NCBI GenBank assembly: GCA_965637545.1
Contig: OZ281497.1
Coordinates: 24,676,001 to 24,740,000 of the forward strand
Origin: Phallusia mammillata
Lineage: Eukaryota
DNA length: 64,000 nt
Direction: 5' to 3'
Part shown: positions 12,458 through 23,900 of the stretch, in pieces
Layout of the letters: every line of letters starts with the position of its first letter
Position numbering within the stretch: position 1 is the stretch's first letter
The notes under the pieces: generated by a model
The model's database searches: none
What the model was told of the DNA's origin: nothing
What the model saw: the letters and a program-made list of their open reading frames with translations, nothing else
Program-made: the position numbers and the translations under genes

Positions 12458-15400
12458 CTACGATTGTTGAAAAGAACCAGTGAGCGTTGCCACCATAAAT
12501 GGGGCGGTAAATTGGCTCAGGTTTCCCATCTTGCTGGAAGGTTGGGGCTGAACTTCAAGTACATCGTCTGTCACGTTGATTTCATCGTGGTCAGTGGTAC
12601 TAACTCGTGATAGATCCTTAAAAACTAAAATTTGGAAATTAAGTGGATGTTACATTGAGATTGATTGTACTGTTCATATTGTACTTACTTTGTTCTGCCT
12701 TAGGGCGCACAGAAGCATCTCCGTCCCAGCATTTTCTCATGAGGTTTGTGAGGATATTAAAAATCTCCTTGTCATCATCAGCAAGTGTTGTTTCCACATT
12801 TTCGACATACGTCTCATCAGGTCTAACACCTGATGAAATTCGTGCCATCAGGATCTCTTCCGACAGTGTACGGCCGTAAAAAATCGGATTCAATGTCACG
12901 ATTTCATACAAAACCATTCCGAAGCTAAAAAAGGTTACATTTAAAAAAAAAATTGTTATCTCTATCCATATACATGTATTCACACCTGTAAATGTCTGAT
13001 GCTGGGTCAACCGATCCACCTTTGTAAAATTCGGGTGAAACATACAACAACGAATATTGCCTTGTGATGGTCGTGTCTACTGTGCTGGGTTTCATACCTG
13101 AAGCTCTGATGACGTTATTTGCCCCAAAATCGGAAAGTTTAAGGCATAACCTGGTGGTAAGTAGAATATTATCGGGTTTTATATCACCATGACAAAATAT
13201 TTGGCCTGGATTGTAGTTGTGCAGGTATGTAAGAGCCGAGATAAGTTGTCGAGCGAAACGAAGCCTCAACATCCAGCTGACTTTTTTCTCCCTGTGTTTC
13301 TCCAAATAACGTGACAAATTTTCACCACCGATGAATTCCAGTATTATGGCAATCTCGTTATTCCAACTTGTGAAGCCATAAATTTGCACGATGTTTGGAT
13401 GTTGGACTCGAACTAAGGTTTCAGCTTCTCCCTGAACACTGAAATATTATATTTGTTATGTTACTAATGATAAACCACCAATTTTTGTTTTTTCCAGATT
13501 AACCTTGTCTCTACCCATTTGCATTTGAAAGTTAGGAGTTACTGGCAACACGACTTTGTTTTATGTTCAGTGGAATTTGAGTTCATCATTATGACGTCAT
13601 TGTGGTGTGATTACGTCATAGTACACAGGTAGCGCTGTTAATAAAATTTACCTTTACCACACTTCACCTTTTTTTGTGACTGTATATTTGATTTACTTCG
13701 CCAGTCAGAGAAATACATTTTGCAACAACTGTTCCCAAAGATTCGTGGAAACACCGACGAATTGCACCAAATCCTCCACAGCCGATGTAGTCTACTATGT
13801 TAGTGCTAGTTGAAAGCGATACTGCATCGATTTTAGCTAACTTTGATGAAAAGTGGATCTAAAAAAGCACAATTTTGTTACGTAGTTTCAAATACGTTTT
13901 GATATGAAGAACCCTAATCAAGATTTTCGATTTGTTTGGATAGTTTGCTGATCTCAGCTGTAACACTGAAACAGAAAGTTCTTAATGTCCACTTACAAAT
14001 TTGCCGTAAAACACGTATCATCTATTTTATGAAACAACCATCAATAAAAAACAAATTGCAAACTTTCAGGTTCTCATTTCTTCGCTGATATATTTTTAAC
14101 TCGTTGCTGAGGAATTCATCAAGCTGAGAAATGTATTTTCCCACAAGATCTGACCCGTTGCTGTGATCAACAGACAATACGAAAGTTTCCGCTTGCTCCT
14201 TGGCTTTAAAATGAGCGGATTTGATCACTTCCGCGTCCGTGTAACCAGTTCCACATATCTGCAACAACATTCAAGAATGAAAGATAAGTAGAGTCTAGTG
14301 GTTCTCAAAAGGGTGCCACTTGGCTCCCCAGGGGATAAATTTAATTTTCTGGGAGCAAATTCGTTCCAGTAAGGAATTAGGGATGAAAAGTTGTGTATAA
14401 GAAACATTTTCATTACTTTTTAATTAAATTCATAAAATTTGGACAGCCTGCTTCGCCATTCTTACAGCATGTAAGAAGGTCCAGCTGCTGCAGTGACTGC
14501 TGGCATAATAAATCAGGTTTTTCCAACATTTTCTTCTTAGTAGGGATTCGTTGGTACACCGCAAGTCCCGGTGTCGTGGGTTCGAATCCAACCACAGGCC
14601 ACAGTAATGTTTTTGAATCTGGTTTAGTACAACGTACTGTGCTTTTTCATGATTTTGCCTGCGTACCGCACCTTACTGTCTTCCTTGTATTTAACATACC
14701 TCTTCCATTGAGCATCTGTACTGAAGCACGGCACGCATCTTTTTTTCTTCAAGTTGGCCTCTTAGTTCCTCCTGTGACATAGTTTGTTAAAGTAGTCACC
14801 TTTGGTAATTATTTTAAGTCTTGCAGATCTTTTGTCACCTGGCACAATCTAATGCAATTATTTTTATGCAAATAAAACTAATAAAAAACTAATAAATATA
14901 ATAAGCAAATTTACCCGTTTGTGAAGGTTGTTTTCGGTAAATTGCTTCAGCACTGCATCTAAACGACTCTCTAGTTTTTCTTTATACTTTTCCGCTATTT
15001 CTTGTGGATGTTGATTTGTTTGTTGTAAGTATAAATCAACAGCCGTTTTTCGATAACCCTCTTCGATTTCATGTAAATCATTTTCTTCGAAATATTGTCC
15101 ATCGCCTAACTGAAAACATTACAAATGTTTGCATCATTTATTTCCGTGATCGATGAAAGGATAGAAAAATGAGAACATCATCCGTGTGATATATTTCTCC
15201 ACTTTCTTACTGTGCAACTGTACATACTGTACATTAACAGAAAAATTGTCGATGAATTAGACGCTTTATTAATTTAAAGTCCTACAAAATGGCCAATTAA
15301 AATCCAAAACAAAACCAGTTTGGCCAAAAAGCTATTATTTTTTTATCAATCAACTTACGTCGTCACGTCAATCGGTAAAATACCAAACTTAAAGCGAAGG

Positions 15401-17785
15401 AGTAGAAAATACCTACATAAATACCATTAGAAACATACCCACAAGAAATTAGACAGATATGTACAGAGTCAGTAAGATGAATTGATTTCTTATTGTTAAG
15501 TTACCTTACATTAGATTTTAACCAACCTCTCCAAGATTTTGTTTGTATGAACGCTCTGCAGCAAAAATGGATTCCCGCACTTTAAGCTTTACTTGTTCCT
15601 AAAGAGAAACTATACCATTACTCATTTAAAAGTTCGTATTTTCATCAAATCGAAAAACATTATAACTTATATTGAACTATCACCAAACACAAATATACCG
15701 TGCAATAACACAAAAACATAACAAAACCTTTGTAGCCATGTTAATTTTCTTATACTCCTCAAATTCATGGTTTATAATATCTTCCAAGTTTTTTCGATGC
15801 TTTTCAACAAACAAATCGTTGCCAAACTTTGGCATCTGATCAAAGTTAACCAATGTTTTCTTTTTACACACTTCATTGATGTCTAAAATCTCTTTGTCAG
15901 TTTTGTACTTATTTTCACACGCCTGAAACAAAGCGTTTAACTTTAATACTTAGTTTAGGTAGTAAAGGTGCAACTTACCTGATTCATATGTCGGCGATAA
16001 ATATCTCTGCATTTTTGATTAATTTCTAAAATAGCAGCTATCGCCGTTGTCTAAAAACAAGTAAAAATAGTGAGACATCTAAAAAACGGTTCGTTTTTGA
16101 AACAAGACGTCATCGATAAACTGCATGCGCAATGACTGGTAATGATCCCGTTCCATCTAACCTTGTTTAATTTTAGCGCGTATGGGCCATACTTACTTCC
16201 ATAACTGTACCGACTTTGGGCATTTTTCCACTGCAAAATAAATCGACGTATTCAAACGTAAAATTGATGAGATCTTTTCCTGTCACTGGTTTGTTGTTTA
16301 CTTCTTTCACTACAAGATTGTCAGGATGGAAAAGTCGTCGAACAAGAACATCCACCATTTGTTTGAAACAAGTACGTACCCCTAAAAGCCACGTTAATTT
16401 ATGTTTGGGGTGAAAACTGATTTAATTTGGAAGCTCAACAACAAACTCATCACTACTTAGGTAAAAATAGTTTTCTACAAAACCAAAAAGTATTGCAACT
16501 ACCTGCCACATCAAGCTGACTCTGGTTTTCGTACATTCTCCCCAATTTTTCTCCGGGATGAGGCATCAGAAAGCAGGAAACGTTTTTAAAAGAATCACGT
16601 AAATTGTTTCGAACTGATTTAATATCTTTATGATCGTATTGTACTTGGAACACCCTGTCAAGCAGTTCATTCCCTCCATCGAAGCCAAAGGGAACATCAG
16701 GAAAAAGCCAATCTCGGACAAGAAACATTATGTCCTAAAGTAAATTATGTTCATTTTACTACCAATCTACATCCGCACAATCAATTCATATACCTGAAGA
16801 GATCTGTCGTCTTGCTTTAGTATCTTTTGGGCCACTCTTAAGTACTCCGTAAACAGCTGTAAACCGTTCAAAACAGTTAAATGAGGTATGTACAGATTAT
16901 AGTCATTGTACTAACATGCAAATGTTGCAAAGTGTCCTCTTTGATAGTGTTCTGCACGTTGCATATTAGCTTTGAACTTATCAGGGTACTTAGTGCAAAG
17001 ATCACCGAATTATCTTCCACTGAAGATGAGGAATCGAACCAACCTTGAGTGTCCATTAAAAATAATGCCACCTAAGAAACGTTCATCATATATTGTCAAT
17101 TATAACTCTACCTTCAAATCATACTGGTAGATTATTGTGCTCAAACAAACAAAACAAAAATGATTCAACACACCCGTTCGTGTTGACGCGTTTTTACAAA
17201 AAAGGGCTCATCCCATATCCATATTCCGTGTGTGTGGTGCCTCATTCCACCCCTCCATCCAAAACCTCTTAAATCAATTTGTTGTTGTTGTAGCCACGAT
17301 GCTGACTACAATATAAGTGAACGACATCATCACCTCACATATATCTTTCGTTGAAGGTTAGGTATACCTACCGTTTTATTTTGTGCCCACAAAAATCGCA
17401 TCATAAGGTTAAGCATGAATGATTTTCCAGTCCGAAATGGTCCACCAAGAGAGTAAATAGCAACAGGTGTATCAACAACACCTGGATGTTGAAAAATCCT
17501 TTCAAAAGCCGTTTTATCGATACTGTAACGATTTGTGTGATGTGGAAAGATGTGCACTGCCTTATGACCGGTATTGGTGTGACCTTTAAACCACAGTCAA
17601 ATTTTGGATACTTTGAAAACATATTAAACACAGTAAACCGAAAGCAATTGAACTCGAAGCCACTTACCAATATTTGCACTTGTAGATTGAATTCTAAGTT
17701 CCTGGAATCCTTGCTCATTTTGTATCCCTGCTATATCATTCTTTTCCCTGTCAGCAACGTTTTCAGACACTTTGGATTCAGACAT
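12458..17785 (-). CDS. ATL-K1: atlastin/GBP-family GTPase + three tandem three-helix-bundle modules + RIPK-like protein kinase (predicted 981 aa)
   Basis: 17 exons (minus): 17785-17668, 17583-17372, 17305-17174, 17071-16916, 16856-16794, 16734-16503, 16381-16197, 16050-15979, 15922-15728, 15598-15527, 15109-14915, 14771-14700, 14258-14064, 13858-13668, 13438-12986, 12924-12689, 12624-12458. Total 2946 nt, all GT-AG, phase-compatible, no internal stop. GTPase motifs: GPFRTGKS, GWRGGMRHHTHGIWIW, MDTQG, LFTEY, FLVRDW. Kinase motifs: IGCGGFG, VVAK, HGDIKPDN, DFG, YVSPE. Confidence 0.85.
14537..14601 (+). mobile_element. tRNA-derived SINE-like fragment in an ATL-K1 intron
   Basis: Canonical B box GGTTCGAATCC at 14579-14589 with a weak upstream A-box-like segment. 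Absent from the paralogous ATL-K2 intron. No complete cloverleaf. Confidence 0.4.
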
Positions 17786-17817
17786 TGGTGGTTTACATCA
17801 AATTACTGCAAAATACT

Positions 17818-20600
17818 AAGGCCTTCGTATATACGCAAACCCGATAACAAATACAACATTTAGCTGGCAGTTCTGCTTTGCAACATAACGAAACGTAGCT
17901 ACAGTACCTGTTGTTCCTTCTGTTTGCTTAGTTCCGCTTTTACAGCGAAACTTACTGAGGCAGAACGTACAAAGCGGAACGCACTGAAATGGACAGGCAG
18001 ACAAGCGAGTCAACACAAAAGTCTGACAAAAACGCCCCTTATACTGTTGCAATATAACACCTCATTGTTGCAACATAAGCTGCAGTAAAATCCCTGTGTT
18101 GCTTTCAGACTAAGCTTAGCCTAACATGAATAAACCCTTAAGAACCACCTAGCTTTACAGTAACCAGGGAATGTAACAACAAATGTGCCACATCTCCACA
18201 GTGGTTATTTACAAGTTTAAAACAAATGCCTAATATTACAGTAAGATTTAGGTTCACATTATGGATGACACCTTGCCACGTTCATAGAGGGCGACAGTCA
18301 TTTATTTGCCTACCCACGCACCTGTAAACATTTTCCGATGATTAGGTACAAGACCACACATTTTGTCGCGATGACTTGCTTATGGGCAACGATGAACCTT
18401 GGTCCGATACTGGTTTGCAAAACTCACTTATGAAAAGTCGTGGTCTCCTTGCATTTTATATGAAGTAAAACGAGAAAAACTGCAACCATACTGTTCCCTT
18501 TAAAAATCACCAAATTAATACTAATCAGTGAAACCTCATTATAAAATATTCACGACGTGTTTTGCGATACACACGCAACTGTGAGTAAAACGCTGCTTGG
18601 GATCCGTGCCAAAACGTTTCTTTTATTGTAACTGCTCTGAATTGCTTGAACAAAAAAAAAACGATTTGTCGTAAATAGAAAATTTCTGTTTTGAAGCAGA
18701 TAAAGTTATTGAGCAGACAATTGCTTAACTTTTTCACTATTCTGTACATTTTATACCTGGTTGTGTTTACTGAATGTGGAGTCATATCTTCCGTGTCATG
18801 GCTCTTTTGTCTGAATGACAGTTTTACATTATATAAAAACGAATACAGCAATATGGAGATAAAAGTTATCGTGGTAATATGTTGTATATTTTGACCATTC
18901 GTCAGCAGAGTTTAACATAGCGGCTAACTCTTGCCCTACTACAAGATTAATGTCTTTTTGTCATTTTGTTTTGTATTTAATGTCCTTTTTGTCAGTTTTT
19001 GATGAAAAGACAGATAAGTAAGGTATTTCAATAATTTTTTGTTTAAAAAATGTTTGTGGAAATAAAATCTAAGATAAAAGCAATATAATTCCTAGGGATT
19101 CACATTTTATGTCGATTATTCGGCGTTTTTTTCTTTCATCGGTGTGGTTGCAGCACAATATACATTATTTTTGTTATATTATTTTGATGTATTTACACTA
19201 ATCAGCAAACGTTAACAGGGAAAATAACAAAGGTTTGCCAATACATAAAATAAAGCTATTGCAGTTTGAAGTCTTTGTTGGTGATTGTTAACATTCAATT
19301 TTGTGTTCAAAAATTATATAAAAAACATGTAAATTTATTTGCCATATTTTTAAGTTGATAATATGTTTCTTGAAAAGCAAAGTGCGGCTTACATTGAAAA
19401 GGCCTAATGCGAGAAAAAATAAAACAACATACAAGCGAACAATGTTTACGATTTCTAAACGCTACAATTTGAAAATCAGTGACAGTTAAGAGACACAATG
19501 TGTAGGCCACTCGGTGGAAAACGAGAGCAAACAATAAGATAGTTGCACAACTCTACATTAAACGCCCAACAAGATGCAATAACTGTTTACACAAACAAAC
19601 AAACGCAAGTCGACAAGCATACAAGTCATTACAACATGATTTGGATTGGTTTTCTTTGTTCACCACCGGAACAAATTTACCCGAAATTATTTGTACAATT
19701 GTACATGTACACTTTGCCTATAGTTTTACCACATCCATGTACACTTTGCCTATAGTTTTACCACATAATTTGCAAATTAAAAATACAGCACAAAACGGAT
19801 AAAACAAGCGAGCTTACAGCGCAAGAAAAGCAGATAGGAGAAGTCAATGGAACTTTATCGCACCAACAAAAATGCACAAGAGAAACAAAAATAACTTGAT
19901 GATAAGAAACAGGAAGAACAGAACATAAAATAGGCAACGATCAGCTTGCAAAGTAATATTTGCTTAACAAAGAGAAGATTTTGCAGTCTGTAGAGTGTAG
20001 ATAAATACCTTGTACGAGCTGCGTGCACGAAAGCAGGTGATTCCAATATGCACACAAAAAAAACACGGAAAATTGATTGACAAGTTTTTTAACAAAGATT
20101 GAAAATCTATTTTAGTAATAAGTAATGCCTACATAAACATTTAGATAGGTCCCAGTTCCCGAAATTAAACTTTTGTCCCCAGTCTCTACTGCAAGGTAAA
20201 GCATACCACAAGACAGCTCCACATTTAGATAAAAGCGAAAAAAGGGGGTGGGGTAGGGTGAAAAACTAAGTTTTAAAGTTGATTTTAAGTTTTTTAAGTT
20301 ATATCACCTTACTTTAACCCACATTGCCTAAACTGGCAGCATTTTTTGTAATGTCTCGTTTTAACAAATACGTATTGGTGCACTTTGCTTCACTTGTCGG
20401 AATTTAGCTAAATATTGAGGTGACGTGAAATGGTGTTAGTAGATTTTTCCCGGTACATATAGTACAAAAGAAAGTTACAAAAAAAACTTTGTAGAAATGT
20501 CATTTTGGTGTGTCTTCGGAAACGCTTTAAGCTAGCTTCTGTTTTTTTTTACATTTCCGCAAACCGGTAGAAATGTCTGTGGAATACTTGCAATCCACGG
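17818..20600. repeat. Segmental duplication block S, paralogous to about 60645-63960; its right part also matches about 51830-53340
   Basis: Long colinear matches, e.g. acataacgaaacgtagctacagtacctgttgttccttctgtttgcttagtt (17883 and 60718) and atggatgacaccttgccacgttcatagagggcgacagtcatttatttgcc (18261 and 61080). Confidence 0.9.
17908..18330 (-). promoter_or_regulatory. Putative non-coding first exon / promoter of ATL-K1
   Basis: Donor acaacag|GTACTG at 17907 and acceptor ttttgcAG at 17806-17807, 20 nt before the ATG. This part of block S is highly conserved in the copy at 60743-61150. Confidence 0.4.
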
Positions 20601-20929
20601 AGGTACTCTGAAACAAGAAAAACAACCCTTAGCAAAAAAGCAAATGGACAGTCAGTTCCACAGGCTGCGGCTAATTTTAGATCGAATTGTAACATACACA
20701 TTTGCCAAATGCTTTGCTGGTACAAAGTACATGAATCGCAACTTTAAGAACTCAACTCGTACCAATTTAAGACTGGAAGCAGGCTGAATAAGCATGCCTT
20801 TCTTTCAGGGTTTAAAAATATGAAACTTGTGTCAAGCCAACTAGACAAAATAAAGGTACCAGGGCGTAATGAAAAAAACTGGTTATTCATTAACATACTT
20901 GTGTACCAACCTGAATCACATTGCGACCC

Positions 20930-23900
20930 TTACGCTTTTTCAACAGAACTAGTGAGCGTTGCTATAATAAATGGGGCAGTGAATTGACTCAGGTTTCCCA
21001 TCTTGCTTAAATTGGGGGGCAAAGCTTCAGGTACATCGTCAGGCACATTGATTTCGTCGTGATCATCGGTACTAACTTGTGACAACTCATGAGCAACTTT
21101 AAATATAAAATTAAGTAGATGTTACGTTAAGATTGATTGTACTGTTTAATTTACAGTTACTTTGTTCTGCTTTTGGACGCGAAGAAGCATCTCCGTCCCA
21201 ACATTTTCTCATGAGGTTTGTGAGTAAATTGAAAATCTCCTTGTCATCATCAGCAAGAGTTGTTTGAACATTTGTCACATGTTTCACATCGTCGTCCGGT
21301 CTTAGGCCTGATTGAATTCGCAGCATCACCACCAAGGAAGGGCGTTGATTGCCGTGAAAAATCGGATACAATGTCACGATTTCATACAAAACCATTCCGA
21401 AGCTGAAAAAATGTATAAACAACGGGGCTTAATGCAACACCTTGATTGTTTGGAATCATATAGGTTTTGTTTAAATTCTCAATGGTCCTTAGAAACCAAA
21501 TATACAATGACAGCTAACCTGTAGATGTCAGATGATGGGTCAGGTATTCCCTCTTTAAAAAACTCAGGGGAAACGTAAAAAGCTGTATATTCCTTGGTGT
21601 TGCTCGTGTCAACAGTGGTTGTCATTTCAGTAGCTGCTATGACGTTATTTGCCCCAAAATCAGCAAGTTTCACACATAGATTAGTGGTAAGTAAAATGTT
21701 TTCGGGTTTTATATCACAATGACAGAATGTTTCGCCTGGTTTGTAGTTGTGCAAGTATGAAAGAGCTGAGATAAGTTGTCGTGCACATCGAAGTCTCAAC
21801 TTCCAACTCAGCCTTTTTTGCCTGTGTTTCTCCAAGTAGCTTTTTAGATTTCCACCATCTATGTACTCGAGTATTATGGCAACCTCGTTATTCCAACTCG
21901 TAAAGCCATTAATTTGCACAATGTTTAGATGACGGAATCGAACCAACGCTCCAGCTTCCCGCCGAACACTGCAAAGTGTATTAAGTGGTATAAGGATGTT
22001 GAACGTATAATTTTTGACTTTTTACACCGGTCTGTTCATTTGACATTGTCTACATAGATATTTTGGACCATTTTGTCATCTAACCCTTAAACTAAATTTT
22101 TTGATACCAATTAACGTGGAGACAGACTCTTTGAAAACTTCTTTTTCATCATTTTTTGTCCCTTTTTATCATTTTTGTCACTCATTAAATATTTTGCTTG
22201 TACATACCCATTTTTGCGCTTGTCTATTTCTGGACTGCTGCCTTTTAGAGATGTGCACTTTGCAACAACTCTTCCCCAAGATTTGTGGTAGCAACGACGA
22301 ACTGCACCAAATCCTCCACAACCAATGTAGTCTGTCTTGTCAATATTTGTAGCTAGTGACACTGCGTCAACTTCAGTTAACTTGGATGAGAACTGCATCT
22401 GAAACAACGCAAAATATGTAGTTTACGACAGAACAAATTGAGATTAGTTAGTGAAGTGTCGCAGTAGACCATTTCGACAAACAATGTCAACAGTCGATTA
22501 AACATTGTCATTAAAATGTTTAAAATATATTTTTACCTTGGATTGACTCTGTGCTGGTTTTTTAAGGACTTCCACAGATTTAACGACATTGACTTCTTTT
22601 GCAACAGGATGAAAGTGTGGCCTATGGTCTTCTGATGCCCGAGGTTTTGATTGGCTACTGGAGTGAGAGCTCTAAATCAAAAACGTTTTTTAATACAACA
22701 ACAAAACCAAGAAAACCACGGGAAAACTTAAATTAGATGAGCATGTTAAAAAAGGTTAACAAACGTCCAAATTTTCCGTACCGCGGCGTTGAACTCTTTC
22801 GACACGAGATTTCCATCCGAAGTAGAGGGTACTAAAACAGGTATGAAAAAATTTAATGTTTAATGTTTATAACAAACCGGCACAAAAAATAAACATACAC
22901 CGGCATTCCTGAGTTTTTTGTTAACCAAAGATTAAGGATGGATTTTAGCAGTAAATTTTAAATAAACATACAACATTGTTTTCCAGCAGGATTTACGATT
23001 TGGTGTGTTTTAGTTACAAATAGACTTTACTGATATAACAAATCACAAAACGCGTATTTGCAACGATTTTAATTTTTAGACTAACCATCTTTATCCAGCA
23101 TTTTGAACTCATCTTCATTTCCAGTCATTTTATCCTCGTCTTGTCCTTGAGGAAATATCTGAATAACAACAAAATTAACATCATTTTAATGCTAATTTGT
23201 AGGACAATATCCTATCACTATTTTCCATACATTTTCTTCTTTTATGGTTACTAGGTTGCATATTACCTTCAGGCTACAAAAATAAATTTAAAACAACTAG
23301 TCCAAATAGTTTAAAATACCCATAAACTTGGGGTGAACTTGCAATTGATAGACGTGTCTAACACCACAAACCTGTCGCCTTGCTCGGTAAGCTTGCTGGG
23401 TATGCCGCTGATCAACGAAAGGAAGTGATGAGTTGAGCATATTTACTAGAGATGAAGCAGATGTAATAAGTTCCGGATCATTGGCTTCATGAATCAGACC
23501 ACACACTCGCTTGATATTCTCCGCATATAAGTTAAACTCAGATGTAATGGGTTCCAATAACCAAAGTTTCTTAAGTGACCAATCTTCCCCGGAGCTTTTA
23601 GAGACCAAGTTTTCAAGTCTACGAAAAACAAAAGAATCGCACATACCAAAAGCAAACTTGGATACAAGTTTCCATCGGTCCTCGGTTAAATGTTTCTGCT
23701 GCTTTCGAAATTCGTTCAAGGGCAAGACCATCATCATGTAGAAAGCGCCAACTCGCATTCTTGGCCCTGTAGATGATCTGTTGTTACATATTGGCTACAA
23801 GTGAAAGCAAGAATTCGAGTAAGTGAAACAGACTGAATATCTCCATCGTAATTCATCAGGCAGTTGAGTGTCAATATGAAATTGACAGGAACATAACAGT

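Noticed and set aside
14296-14400. Charlie-like terminus TAGTGGTTCTCAAAA in an ATL-K1 intron
   Set aside because: No partner TIR or TSD found, so no element could be delimited.
14537-14601. Possible tRNA genes here, at 11707-11790 and at about 37890-37915
   Set aside because: Only A/B-box-like words are present; acceptor and anticodon stems cannot be folded. Treated as SINE-like debris.
17560-17700. Second RHIM-like string in the ATL-K1 N-terminus (RIQSTSANIG|HTN)
   Set aside because: The core ANIG is non-canonical and is not conserved in ATL-K2 (THADVG|FER).
17401-17718. ORF starting MSKDSRN as the GTPase start
   Set aside because: It is out of frame with the phase-1 junction; the ATG at 17785 fits and has a counterpart in ATL-K2 (MSES).
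19700-19770. Small local tandem duplications (33 bp here, 30 bp at about 41480-41535, 12 bp at about 9413-9436)
   Set aside because: Ordinary slippage events with no evident function.
20243-20260. G-rich tract as a G-quadruplex (also at about 52988)
   Set aside because: Only three clear G-runs in this copy, and it lies in recently duplicated sequence, so conservation is uninformative.
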